Below are positions 37,151 through 51,576 of a stretch of 61,942 bases of DNA, piece by piece (position 1 is the first letter of the stretch; the number at the start of each line of letters is the position of its first letter). The stretch comes from Hydrolagus affinis (Eukaryota): contig JAAILG010001781.1 in the NCBI GenBank assembly GCA_012026655.1, positions 1-61,942 on the forward strand, written 5' to 3'. The translations under genes were made by a program, and so were the position numbers. The notes under the pieces were generated by a model, which saw nothing but the letters and a program-made list of their open reading frames with translations, ran no database searches and was not told the DNA's origin.

Positions 37151-39004
37151 CGAAAGACGCATTAAACTAACAAAGTCAATATTTTTGAAGAAGACGAAAA
37201 GCTTGTTTCCTCCTTGATCTACCCTGACTCTTCCGAATGATGGCAGAACAGGTGTTATGGGAAACCGCGTTAAAAAAAACACAAGACGCAATTAATTTAC
37301 TGCAGGGCAAAGTTGTAAGTGAGGATGATCTACAGTGCAGGTGCCTCATTAAATTAAATACATAATCCTACACTTGCCGATATGAACTCTATTTCCAATT
37401 GAATTGACAAACATAAACTCAGACGCGCGCAACCTAAATGTTTATTGTTTGATTTCTGTACCGATTATGAACGGTAATTATGTGTTCAACACTATTCCAC
37501 GGAGCTGTGATTCACTCCTTAGAGACAGACTGGCATAACTCCTGATCATGATCTCAATAAATATCAATTCAATTGACGGGGGCGTGGACAAGGTTTCAAT
37601 CTAATGGGGAGGAATTCTTGTACAAAATATGATGGGAGGGGAAGTGGGGAAGTGGGGAAGTGGAAACAGAAGCGGGGAGTTGAATACTTAGTTAGCAAAG
37701 TTGGAATGCTCACTACTGTAAGAGAGAACAACACTGCATCGGAAACATACATTTTTTCACAGTCCTCTTACACAATATTTTGTGAAATGATTAATTATTG
37801 TTTATATAACACATTGTATAGCGTCCGGCTATCAACGGAATCACAACAATTTACATTTACAAATAGCGACTTTCACTTCATAAACCACCTCCTACAGTAA
37901 ACACCGGGATCTGGGTTAGGAGCTGGGGAGGAGGCTATTGTCATGGCCGGGTTTGAAGTCAATCAGTAGCCGGGGGGGTGGGACGGGATCCCGACTGAAG
38001 TTTCAAACAGAAGCGAAAGATTGTCTGAAAGTTCTCCCATCTCCCGGGTTATGGCAGATCTGTCACTGGGACATGGGATACTTCTGTATCTGCTGAACGG
38101 TTGAAGTAAAACGATAGTGAAGCCATTTTATCGTTAGCTATGGTTCCCGAGTTGGGCGCTCTGGGGATGGGAAGCCAGTGAAATCAAACGAGGATTGAGG
38201 TGTTATAAGTCTGATGAATGCTTCAGGATCACGACAGGCGAGGGGGCGGCAGTGATTGATTCAGGTGATGTTGGGAATGTGCAGGAAACCTGAACGATTG
38301 ACAGCCAGGAAGGAGAGTTGATTTTTTAGGGTCAGGTGATGTCTGGCATGTGCACCTTTTTTTTAGCAGTTTCCAACCACAAATGAGAGTTGCATTTATC
38401 TTATAGAAACATAAACGTTTATGTGGACCCAAAGCGCAAACACAAGAGGAAGCACATGGATAATGAAGAGGAGGGAGCTCCTGTGATGAGATAATACACA
38501 GTGTCAAGTGAATCAGGAAAAACATGGTCGATTACAGAGAATCCGAAAACAAATGAAGAATAAAATTATTGAAATCTAGTTTTCAATGATTATGTGACGG
38601 TTCTAATAATCTTCGGATTCGAAGCAAAACTGCAAAGTTAAAGCGGTTCACAGGCTAGTATTGTCATGTGTCATTACTGTGTCTCGTCTCTGCACTTTAC
38701 ACTGTGCTATGTGAAGTGGAGCCATATAGCGGTAGTTAGAGCACTCGCCTTTTAAGAACTGGGTTCAACTCCTGGCATGGTGACAACTTGAGTAAGTTTC
38801 GATCCTCCACACACCTAATAATAATCCCTCAATGCATTTTGCCCACATATATACAGTCAAGTAGGTTTACAATAACCTCTGTGTGTCGCTTTGAGACATC
38901 TTTGAGATGCCCCCACATTCTGGAACTCCATCCCACAGTCTGTTCACCATGCTTGCCTTGATCAAGGACTGTCTGAAGACTCTCCTCTTCGATTGTGCTT
39001 TCAT

Positions 39005-39290
39005 AGTATCATAGAATCATAGAATCTTATGGCACAAAAGGAGGTCGTTTGGCCCTTCGAGTCCAATTTCTCCTCACCTCCCCTCTGCTTCTTTTTAAAA
39101 CTATTTAAATCTGTGACCACCAATCACTGATACACCCACCAGCGGAAACAATTTTTCCCTATCTATTCTGTCGAATCCCCTCATGATCTTAAAAACCTCT
39201 ATTAGGTCTCCTCGTAACTTTCTCTGCTCCAATGAGAATAAAACTAGCCTCTCCAGCCTTTCCTCATAACTGAAGTTCCACATAACTTTC
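39005..39290 (-). mobile_element. CR1 LINE 3' end
   Basis: YEERLERLVLFSLEQRKLRGDLIEVFKIMRG followed by the tail. Confidence 0.9.
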
Positions 39291-42200
39291 TGCCATCCTC
39301 CAAACCATCACCCTCCCCACCTAACTCTCCCCCTCTGCATGCCCCTGCACTGACTGTCCCCCCTGTTTGGGTCTCGACCTGACTGTTCGGCACCTTGGAC
39401 ATCTCCCGATGTGAAAAGCGCTCTATAAATGTAATTTTGTTGGTGTTGTTGTTGCCCAGAAGCGAGAAAAGCTGTATGTTAAAAACAAGGATTTTTTATT
39501 TATTATTAAGTGGTTCAAGACATCCACCACACAAAACAGGAAATATTTCAAATATAAACACTATTTTATTTCATGTTGGACACTGCACTGCAATGTTAGC
39601 CCAGTCTATCAGTTTAATTGAGATTCGAGTTTGGAAACCACTATCTGTTGCTTCAGGGACAATTGTGCTGTCAACTGATCTGAATGTACTATACAGTTTA
39701 TAAATTTCCCCAAATCACGGAGTTATTGATTAGAATTATTCAGTGCGGGTTCATTTCATCAACTTATTCGAAGTCAAATCTAAATATTCTACTGGTTAAC
39801 CACTTGTTTCTTTCAATTCAATAAATAATCTGCAGAGGGAGTCAAAAGCTTAATATAGTTTCAGCTGCAAATACATTAGGGTACTGCATTAATTCTTTCC
39901 ATCACGAACTGGTCAACAGCAATCAAAATGATGATAATCCCTATCAACCTGCCCACCTCTTCCTACTCTGCCTACTCCATGTCCCCAGGTCTGCTCCATG
40001 GATTGACGGATGGCTTTCCTGTAATGATACCTTAAAAAACAAGAAAGAATTTTGTCGTCGTTGTTGTGTTCTAACGAAGGATCGTAGACCCGAAATGTTG
40101 ATTTACTTTCATTTCTCCATGACTGTTTGTGGGGCACTGCTGTGCGCAATTGACTGTCACTTTTCATCCACAAATATATAGTCAATTCACTTTACAGTAT
40201 ATTCTGTGAAGCGCTTTGACGTGAAGACGTGAAACGCACTATATCAAAATGCAAGGATTATTATTATTATTAGTTGAATCAGTGGATCAGTAATTGTTTC
40301 ACTTATATGATAGAGAGTTGATGCTACTGAAAAGTCCAGCATTATCCATGCGCAAATGCATTGAATGATAAAGTTAAACACATAATAGGAGATATTTCAA
40401 ATATAAACACTATTTTATTTCATGTTGGAGAGTGCACTGCAATGCTAGCCTAGTCTGTCAGTTTAATTGAGATTCGAGTATGGAAACCGCTATCTGTTGC
40501 TTCAGGAACAATTGTGCTGTCAACTGAACTGAATTTACATTTAAACCACAATAGTAGTATATGTTTATTACTCTGTTATTACTGTGCTCTCCCCATCCAA
40601 TTGAATTACTTCTATTTTGCACTGAACACTCCACTTTATATAAGTTACTTTATATAAGTTGCCCAACATCAAAGAGTTATTGATTAGAATTATTCAGTGC
40701 GGGTTCCTCTCATCAAAGTATTTTAACATTGAATCTAGATATTGTAATGGTGAACCACTTGTTTCTTTCAATTCAATAAATAAACTGCAGAGGGAGGCAG
40801 AACCTTAGTTTCAGCAGCAAATAAATTAGAGTACTGCATTAATTATTTCCATCACAAGCCGGTCAATAGCAACAAAAATGATCATAATCCCTATGAACCT
40901 GGCCGCCCCCTCCATTCAGCGGTGTCCAGTCTGCCCCCAAGTTCCCTCGGCTGCTCCGTGGATTGGCGGATGGTTTTCCCGGGAGCAATGATACTTTAAA
41001 AAATAATAAATCATCTTTTTTAAAAAAAAAATTGGTTACTCAATCTACACTATTTGTGGGACACCCCAGGATGAAATTTGATATGGCGATTCACCCACAA
41101 AATATACAGTCAATTTACATTGTAATCATAATCATAATAATAACCTCAATAATATGCCATTTCTGGCAAGTCACCCACCGTTTATCCATCTAGTAAAACC
41201 CTATGAGTTAGGGCTTTGGGCTGCAGTGTTAACAGTGTTGCAATGTGAAGAATCCCTGCTTCCAGAGGGCCTGCTCCTCCAAGCAGTGCTGATGAGCTAT
41301 TCTGGCTGGTCTATATCAGCAATGCTCTGGAATCCATCAAAATATTTGTATTGTACTTTGTATTGTCAAAAAAAATCCTAGTATTTCCAATAATATGTTT
41401 CCCTTACATTCAGTAATGACTGTGTAATTGACCACCTTAGGTTAATTTTTGAGTGTGGGGTGAGATACCGTAACTTACATTTGAGATCATCTTTGCATCA
41501 AATATGACCAGGAAATGTGGGATAAAGATGGATGCTATTTCATTTTGTTTGCATCACTGACCTCAAAACTACTGGAGTATCAAGTATATTAAACTTCATA
41601 AAATCTGTGCATAGCTGTTGGTGTTTAAATGTTCTTTCTAAGCACTTGGGCAATAAACTCCTCTTATCATCTCCAAACATCGTCTACCTCCTCTAACCAA
41701 TTATACCATTAAAATGGTCTTTGTTGGGCAAGCTGTCAGCAATATTAAGTGTAAACTCATAAATTCATGGTTGTCAAAAGCTTGCAGCAGGTGTAAAATA
41801 TTATTAAATCCTAAAGACAATACTATATAGTCTAAAAAATTATTTGAGACGTTGAGGAAAGTAAATTGGAAGTATAAATTTAGCATAAATTGATGATCAT
41901 CCCCTAAGGAGAAAGGAGAGTTAAAGGAATTTCCAAGGAAGACAATTACGATATGGATTGCTTCTGTTGTAAACAAACTCCCCTCACTTCCCACTTTTGA
42001 TTTGGGTGATAATATTGACAGTATTTAAAATAAAATTTATAGACGTCTCAAAATGCTTCATAGGATGTACCATGAAGTCAATTGACTGTGTATTGTGTGG
42101 GCAAAATGGAGCAGCCAATTTTCCACAAACCGTGTTAATTCAGATTTTCACAAATTTACTTTTTATTTGGTTTGAAATTCAGACTGCTTGTCCTAACTGT

Positions 42201-43610
42201 AAATTAACAGTGTTTTTGGATGGATTGTGATTACTAACATAGTTTCTGCTCTGGTTGATAATACTCCAGTTCAATTTTGTATTTGTTCCACAGCTATCTA
42301 ATAATAACCCTTGCATTTGATATAGTGCTTTATCACGTCTTGTGGACGTCTCAAAGTGCTTCAGAGAATATACTGTAGAGTAAATTGACTGTATATTTTG
42401 TGGGTGAAACTCAGCAGCCAATTGCACTCAGCACTGGCCCACAAACAGTTGTGGATTGAAATGACCAATTTTTTGTTTTTTTCAGAGGGATTATTATTAG
42501 ATTTGTGAAATAAGGAAACTTGACCAAGGTTTTGCCCTACCTGAAATTGAACCCAGGCCACTTGTTTGCAAGGCGAGTGCTCTAATCACTGAGCTTCAGG
42601 TCTCCACTCTATGTGGGATATTGCTGCACACAAATTGACTAGTGCCTTCTCTTGTAAAATACACAGTCAGTACACTTTATGATCAATCCTGTCCTCCTCA
42701 GATGAAAGGTGCTAGATTAAATAAAATTATTATGATTAATAGTTTCCAACATACTGTCTGTCATTCTGTCCTGTTAAAAACATAGGTAGTGGATATGAAA
42801 GATCTCATGTCACGACTCAGATTGAAGTTTGTCCCAGTATCCTGGCCATCAATTGAGTGGAGTCCTGCAGCTCAGGGTTTAGTGCAACCACCTTACAAAG
42901 GGAGGACCTAGGTTCAATTCCAGGCATGTTGAAATTTTGGACAAGTTTCCTTACTCCACACGCTAATAATAATTTCTCCCCCGACAAACAAGTTGGTCAT
43001 TTCAATCCATGACTATTTGTGGGACATGGCTGTGTACAATTCGCTGCTGTGTTTCACTCACAAATATGCAATCAATTCACTATATTCTGTGAAGCGCATT
43101 GAGACACTTAGAACACGTGAAAAACAATATATCAAATGCAAGGATTATTAATATTATTAATTTGGGGTATCCCCCAGACGTGAACAGTGTTGTATCAAAT
43201 CCAAGGATTATTGTTAGTAATATTGTCTCAAGTGTTGTGTTTAGGTTAAAATGCCTAACTCCAGAAGTGGTATCTGATGATGCAGTACATCCTCAGGATA
43301 GTTTGAATCCTACATTTAAATTAGTTGTCGTAGGACTTGAGGAATTGTTTTGAAATGATATTTGAAATAAAATGAAATAAATAGTTTTGCATCAAACAAA
43401 GCTCAGAAGGAGGGGAAAATTCTGTTAAACTGAATGTGATTCTTTGGTTTTGAGGAAATTATTTTTGACCTGAGTGAAAAGTAAAAACATCTAAATAAAC
43501 AACAGAGTAAAGGATCTGATTTAATTTAAAATTTACAGCTGGTTTGGCTAGTTTGGGGTGAGGGGAGGGATGTGGCTCAGGCAGCTTCCTGGCTGCCGCA
43601 AACCCTGAAA

Positions 43611-43930
43611 TGGAGCGCCAGTAGCTCAGCGGATAGAGCACTGGCTTTACAAGCATGAGACCTGTGTTCGAATCCAGGCAGGCCAGGGCGAAACCTTGGA
43701 CAAGTTTCCTTACTCCACATGCATAATAATAATTCCATCAACAAAAACAATAATAACAAATTGGTCATTTCAATCCACGACTGTTTGTGAGACACTGCTG
43801 TGCGCAATTGGCTGCTGCATTTCGCCCACAGATATACAGTCAATTCACTTTACAGTGTATTCTGTGAAGCATTTTGAGGCATTGAAAGATGTGAAAAAGT
43901 GCTGTATCAAATGCAAGGATGATTATTAAA
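43611..43930 (+). mobile_element. Best-preserved tRNA-SINE copy; others at about 17075, 32630, 35097, 42298, 42858, 45660, 47840 and 58745
   Basis: Box A TAGCTCAGCGG, box B GTTCGAATCC, common body and tail. Confidence 0.88.
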
Positions 43931-46900
43931 TTAAAAAATTAGAGTAATAATAACCATGATTTCTCTATTCATTCATTTATTCATTCAGAGACAGACGTAT
44001 TCAATTTATATTTAAATGTAAATTAATTTTAATGCATATCTCTCAAAAAGCAAACACAGAAATAGCTCCTCATATTTTACCTGATTTGCTTTTTGCCTGA
44101 GACCTATTGTGGCATATCTTGATGTTGATTTTGAAATCATATCTCAAAACTTTCCACCTTCTGATACTCGTAAATAGAATCGATTTCGAAACATAGTTGT
44201 ATATAGGACAGTGCGGTGGGCAGTAGAACTATAGCGAATGTTGTGCAATCCGATATAGTGAGTAATATTTCTCACACACCTGAATGTGTTTGTTTTTGTT
44301 GTAAGGCTCAGATCAGCTCAGTCTTTATATGCTAGAAAATAATCTGAAATAAAAACAGAGACAGTTACACTTTTATTTTGCACAAACATCTACTAAATGC
44401 GATCAAATGTGAAGTATTCATGGAAGTTAGATCTGTTTTCCGAGATGTATTGAATTATTTTCAGTGCAATTGTGGAAACAATGAAAACCCACTATTACAA
44501 AGTAAATTATATACAGTACATTCAAACATTATTCATATATATAGATATATAGATATATAAACATATGTCGATATACTAATCTAATATATGTGTGTATATA
44601 TAATAGAAAACATCAAAAGGGGAAGATTTTCAGTGATGTATATCAAACAAATATTATAGGCTTATTGCCTTTTTCACTTTCCAGTGAAGCGGGAGATTGC
44701 TGCACTGAGAAATTCTCAAAAACTGTGGAGGATCGACAGCATCACATCAGTGAACATCTACCCATGAAAAAAATAACATGGAATATAGACACAGTTAATA
44801 ATTTAAACTAATTTTTCTGCGCTGTTTCCCCATAAAATACACTGTCAATTCACTTTAGTGAATCATTGGAGCTCGTTGAGACGACCCAACACGGCACTAA
44901 TATCACATCAAAAGATCATTGTTATCTCAAAACAATTATGAATTGAATGGATGATCATGCCTAAATAACAAATCCATACATGATTCATACTTTGTTCTCA
45001 AATCAATCGTTTGGAGAAATTATCATTATTTAATACAATCATTCTTAATCATTATTTACTTAACTATTTATTGAAGGCTTCATTTGGAAGGACTGACCCA
45101 TATAAATCATCCCCAGGATGAATGGCCATCGCTCCTCAAAACATGTTAGACCAACAAATTTGAACGGATTTCTTCACCAGGTCAGGGCAAAGGGCCTCCA
45201 AGATAATTTTGGACATTTTTTTTGCAAATTTTGCACTTAATCTGAAACCTCCACACCACCCCACCCCCACCGCCCCCCTCCACACACACCCCCAACACAC
45301 ACATAAAACGGATGTCACACTTTCCACCTGCAGTTTCAAAACAAATCGAGGTTTTCTGCCCATCGAACTAAGGCCCTGAATCTCTGAGATCGAGTTAAAG
45401 GACAACAGCTATGGGTTGTTTATTGAAATGTTCTGTTGATCGAGATAGATGCAAATGTGTCCATTCGCTTCTGTGTCAATTAGCCCGCAGCTTTTAATGT
45501 CATTAAATATATGAATGACACATATATATATAGTTTAACAAATTTATTTGATGTTCAGCGCTCTTTCGCATTTCAGCACATTTTGTCGTGGTCATTAAAA
45601 TCTGTCGTTTGGGTTTATTCACATTGTTTGGAGACCATTGTTTTATTCATTCTTTATGAGTGGAGTCCTGTGGCTCAGTGGTTGGAGCTCTCGCCTCTCA
45701 AGCGATAGACCTGGGTTTCATTCCAGACAAGGGTGAAACTCTGAGCAAATTTCCTTACTCCACATGTCTGCTAATATTCCCTCGAAAAAAGCAATAATAT
45801 ATTGGTCAATTGACTGCCGCGTGTCGCCCACAAATATGCAGTTAATTCACTTTACAGTGTATTCTGTGAATCATTTTGAGTCGTCTAAAAGACATGAAAA
45901 GCATCATATCAAATGCAACGATTAATATTATAATAATAGTATCATTGAAATTGAAGAAACCAGGTCACATTCACGCTTAAATGCCTTTTCTCTACAAGTA
46001 GTGTTTTAACGATGGGATGAAGTGAATATGGGTTAATTTTGATACAATACATTTGACAAGAGAACGGCTATTCAAGTCATCTGGTGAATCTTACCGTTGA
46101 GCTAAATGAAGTGCTGCGGTTATAACTTTAATGTCCACTTTGTGAAATGTCAAAATGGTTTCTCGTCCTTTCTCAAAAACTGAAGCCAGATGATGGCCAT
46201 ACAGAGGTTCTTTTGTAAAATATTAATAATATTAATTCTAGGACAGACAATGATACAGAACACGTTATTGTGATCAGTTGGAAGATTGAACTTTATTTCC
46301 ATTTGAATTGTATATGAATTCTTTCCTTGCAACGTTAAAATAAACAAGGTCCCCAGAGATGCGGCCCCACTATGTTGCAAGTGTCATAACAAGCACTCTG
46401 GAGGGAACTGATGCTGTTCGGGTTTTTTTATTTGGAACAATGTTTAGGTTGCCAAGTGTTAAAAGATGCTTCAAGGAGGTCCTGCCACTGTTCACCAGAC
46501 CAACAGCTCGATGAAAGGATTTAACCATAACGAGAAGATGCCTAAATGCGGTTCATATTGATAGACCTCAGAATGATGGGACGTCATTTGTCAATGAATT
46601 GTAACATATTGCAATGATACATCCTTACAATAAGAGGTAAAGAAATAGAAGGAGACACAATTCTGTTATTTAGCAAAATGTGTTCGACCTGATATGAAAG
46701 CTACCGGTAAATGTTTTTAGAGGTTAGAAAGTGGTAGAGAAATTGTGTTGAAACCAATGCCAGCAATATCGAGCAACAACAGCTGAAGATTTCATAATCT
46801 ATAGATACATAAGTACCGGTATACCTTCCCGTTCACATCAAATTCATTTTTTTCTCCTGTGTTTCTTTAAAAGTTATAATTTTTGAACTACTGTAATTTA

Positions 46901-49708
46901 CCATATTTAGAATAGGTCATTCAAAATAATTTCACGACTGTCGATGGGATATGTTTCTCTGCTAATTCGTGTGTTTCTAAACAACTGCTACTCATATAAA
47001 TCAGAGATTCTGGATATTCTTTTCAATAGAAGTATTCTTATTAGCATTATTGTTAGTATTATAAGTATCATTGTTGTTTGTATAATAACAGAAATAAGAA
47101 TAATAAGCATTGTAATCGATAATGGAGCCAATTGTATCGAGATAATATCAAATAGTTTCACAGGATTCAATGTAAAAACTCACGATTTTGTAGGAGAATA
47201 AAGCAGCCAAATTTGCGCACAGCAATGTCCCATATACAGCCATGAACTGAATATCACTGAATAACAGTGATATCTGGGGATTTGAAAGTCGACAAATCAG
47301 TGGAACTTAGTTGTTGTTTGTTGTTGTTGGCCAGCACTCTGGAGGAAGAATCCCTGTTCTGTTTTTTTAGTTCCACATGATTTGAAACATGTATCTGAGC
47401 AGGCAGAAGGGACCTCGGTTCAGCGTCTCATCCAAATAGGGGGAACCTCAAGACACAGAGCGCTAGCCCGCCGTTGCATTGGATTGTCAATGCAAACTGT
47501 GATCTTCGTGTTTTGACGTACAATATCCACAACGTACAACGTACGTACAACATCCACAACAATGCGTTCAGGTCAGAATATAATACCAGATAAGCAATTC
47601 AAATTCCCACTTTGCTGTGTGGTATACATTCACCGCCTCCCATAAACACAACAGCAAATTCGCACATAAATATTCATTTATGTGAATATTCTATTGATGA
47701 AAGTATTTCAGGTTAAAACAAAATATTTTCCTGTGTACTCTGCTATCCTAACATTGTATGAGAATGGATAATTAAACAAACAACTTACGCATAACGATTT
47801 CAAAATCCTGGAATGCACGCCTTGTAACATTCTCTGCTACTACTGCATTCAAGCGAGAGACCTGGGTTCGATTCCAGATAGGGCGAAACCTTAGGAAAGT
47901 TTCCTTACTCCACACGCCTAATATGAATCCTTCAAAAAGCAAATTAGAGTAAATTGGCCATTTTAATCCACGACTGTTTGTGGGACACTGCTGTGCAGAA
48001 TTGGCTGTCGCTTTTCGCCCGCAAAACTGTTCATTCAATTCACTTTACAGGATACTCAGTGAAATGTTTTGAAACATCTAGAAGATGTGAAAAGTGCTAT
48101 TAAACTACTATATTGAAGTTCATTGAACAATTTATTTCTTGCAATTGAAAATGATGAAATCAATGCTGTTATATGCAATTACAATGCAGGATACAGAGAA
48201 CTTTGTTAGAGATTTTAGGCGAGTGCTCCTACAGATATCACACACAAATGCAATAAAACGCTTATTCTTTGCAAAGGCATAACCGTCATCCTTACAAAAA
48301 ACAATATCTACATTTTAGTATAATAAAACACGCAATGTAGGAGACCTTGTGATCAAGTCTCGGTAGTTCACACAGTGTAAAATAGCCTGAAACTTGGGGT
48401 AGAATGACAAACTTGACTTCGTTTTCTGGTGGCAAATTTGAAACTTTTGTTTTATTATTATTTAATAAAATATTTTAAAAATTATTTAATAAACACTTTA
48501 CAGATTACGTTTGGTCTACTATGTTATATTCATAATTGTCGGTTTATTGGAGCCAAACTGCTCCAGGATGATGTACAATATTTTGAGTCTCGAAGGGGAA
48601 GTGTGGGAATGTTCTAATATTTACCGAGTATCAACAAGAGTTGATACTGTAGATATATTCCGACTCCTAAACGGTATAAATCGAATGAACTCAAATGTGT
48701 CTGTTATAATATATCAGTCCACAATGTGTAATCTTTAGTTTCTTCCAGTCGGTGCATTTCCACCAGCATAATTCAGTCGCTTTTCGTCGTTCCTTCCTTC
48801 TTTCATCTATAATTAAACAAGCAATGCAATTGTGAACATTATCGATCTTCGATTATGTGGTTCATTGCGATGGGTGCTGCTACTCACTCTAACAAATTGA
48901 TAGTTGTAACTGAAATGTTTACAACGAGACTGCAAATGTCAAATGTTTTAGCTATACTGTAGTTTGAAATGGCAATTCAACATATTCGGACAGTACAATT
49001 TATATTTATATCGCGCCTTTCACGTTGGAATGAGGTCTGAAAGCGCTTGACGCTATCGGTTGGGCACCCGAGCTGGAGGCGGAAACCTAAGTGCGGTGTA
49101 AGACTCAAACACAGGGCTGGCTGGGAGCTCTCGGCAGGTCAGGCACAGCGATGGAGAAAGGAAAGTGGAGAACGTTCATGGTCCATGACACCTCATCAGA
49201 ACACTTCGTGATGAAGGGCCTTGGACCTGAAAAATTGACCCACTTTCGTTTGTTCAGATGCTGCCTTAACTGCTGTAAGCCAGTTTTTGTTTCAGATTTC
49301 CACTATCTGGAGTATTTTGCGTTTTATCACAGATCAAATCTGGTTCCATTTGTCCGTAAGACAACACAAATTTATAACAACTTTTTATATTTCCAAGTTA
49401 TCTTCAATATTGGTCGGCCTCGTGTAAGCACAGCATGTGAATGCCGAAATAAATATTATTATATGATAGGATAACCAATTAACAGATATGGAACTGATCG
49501 CACGCATATATTTTTCAATATTGTTCCAGGCACCTGGAGATTTGGAGGAGATATCTTCATATCCACAGATTACAAGAGAATCATCCAGTACAACATCTCG
49601 TTTCCAAAATCTAAACTATTCTTCCGGTTACCGGTGAAAACTCATGGGCTACGATACAAATAATTGTGAATGAAACCACAATATTATTTTGAAACACAGA
49701 ATGCCTCC

Positions 49709-49827
49709 TTACCTTTCAAGTTGTGAGATTTTAACATGGTCAACAATGAAGATGGTCAACACTATCACTACCAAGAAACAGAATATAAACCGTAAAATCG
49801 TCTCGTTCTCCGACATTCCACAACAAC
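49709..49827 (-). CDS. R4 exon 4, TM exon with Arg and a short tail (GCCGMSENETILRFIFCFLVVIVLTIFIVDHVKISQLER*)
   Basis: Acceptor ttttctag|GT is in phase with the C1 donor. The hydrophobic stretch is preceded by Arg. AG|GTAAG reads either as a donor or as AGG TAA. Too short for the ORF track. Confidence 0.75.
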
Positions 49828-50670
49828 CTAGAAAATAAATATCGAAGCGTAAACTGTTTATACGAAATCTGCTGGATAATTAGGATATATTGGGGAAATG
49901 CACACGTTTTTAATTAATTTCCATTGGAAGCTACAATGCAGTGGACGAATAATATAAACTGCGCATTCAATTGATTAAAAACAACGACAAATTGGTGTGA
50001 GAAACCAATGCACAGTTTATTCGTGACATATATTATGCTGTAGCGGATGCCGCGTGACTATGTGCTCAGCTTCAAATGTACCAGAGAAAATGACTATTTC
50101 CACTCGAGCCATGGAGAGGTGGCCACCATTGTAATCCAAACTGATTCAATTGGACATCTACTATTATCCTAAAAAGTCTATGAAACATCTTACAATCTAA
50201 TTTATCTCACTGCAGTAATTGTTCTCATAAAGCAAAAGGCACCGAAAGATGTTATCCAAAATTGAATGAATCGATGAACGAATAGTATTTGTGTTTCATT
50301 TGTGAACATGTATCTGTCCAAGAGTACAACTCCTGATTTCAAACCTAACTGCAGGTGAAGCACGCGGGACTCTTTCATTTTACAACAGGACGAAACACGC
50401 TACTAACATTTTAAAGGAAATATTTAACGTTTAATAACTAGACTATTCCTTCACCATTTCCTCAGTATTCTGCAAGAAAACTATGTACGTACTTCTAATT
50501 TTATTTGGAAATAGATTAAATATATTGCGTATAACACTTTAGTTAACAACAGTTGTGTTTAGCAAATTACTTGCGTTGGAATTAGAAACAGTAAATAAAC
50601 AAATGTAAATACAATTTCCAGTAAGAAGGTGCTCAACAAATAACAAAATAAAGACAAATAGGCATCCTAC

Positions 50671-50991
50671 CATCCAATCCTGTGTTGTGATTAGAAACGG
50701 TGTAACTGGCAACCAGTGGATTGGAAAGGCAGACATGAGATGCCAGACAGGTATAAACAACCCCGATCTCTGGAGGCTGAGTCTCTTCCATAGAGCTGGA
50801 AACTTCGTAAAGTCCATTTGAATTCTTTTCTTTCGTGACATTGATCCCAGTTCTAACTTCATTCCCATCTATAAACCACACGAGCGTTATATCCCCCGGG
50901 AAAAACGCAGCAGTTTTACACACAAGAGTCTGAGGCTTTGATGAATCTCTTTCAGGATCTCTGGGGATTATCTTCAGCGGGGTCGGGGACA
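50671..50991 (-). CDS. R4 exon 3, C1-set domain
   Basis: ccctacag|TG...GATG|GTAGGA, 321 nt, open. Confidence 0.9.
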
Positions 50992-51576
50992 CTGTAGGGC
51001 AGAGAATGGAGCAGAATCGTGTCACTTGTGATCAGTTGGAATGTAAACATTATTCTAATTTGAATTGTATAATAACTATTTCCTTGGAGGGTTTAGAAAG
51101 TTAAGGTACATAATTTTAACATTGCGATTTTCAGAAATGACGCGGAAATCTTCCCATCACATGGAATAATTTTGTTGTGAAATCCAGTCCACAGTGGCTT
51201 CAGATGCAGAATTAAGTGGAATATTTAACAGGGAGGCAGACCATAGCTGTAAAGAGTTTGGGGAGAGGTGAAGACATTGGAGTGAAAGCTCTGCCACCTT
51301 TCTGTAACAGAAAAACCTTGAGTTTGGGAGCATAAAGTTCCCGAATTCATTCCCGAAATCCATCCTCCTCCCCCTTCCGTCTCTACAGTCAATCCCAGCT
51401 GAACACACACCTCTCTGAGTGTCTTTTCAGCCACTCTCCCATCCCAGCTGGATTATAGCTCCGGCTGCCATGCATTCTTTGCCAAGCGCTTCAAGCTGCT
51501 CTCCCAACAGTGACTTGTATTAATGTAAATTCAAGTAAATATACAGTGAAGATCTCAGCCAAATCATGTCACTTAC

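Noticed and set aside
37880-38340. GC-richer stretch as a coding exon
   Set aside because: No frame gives a recognisable domain, and stops occur in the frames examined.
41500-42000. Possible L1-like RT fragment
   Set aside because: Only vague similarity; I could not read a convincing catalytic motif.
43611-43690. tRNA gene
   Set aside because: It is a SINE head; the 3' acceptor stem is absent and it continues into the repeated SINE body.
46944-47201. Ile-rich hydrophobic ORFs on both strands as TM segments
   Set aside because: AT-rich low-complexity DNA with no fitting splice context.
49515-49535. Extra R4 terminal exon (RCLEQY*)
   Set aside because: The acceptor is plausible but there is no paralog or other support, and the TM exon already ends in AGG TAA.
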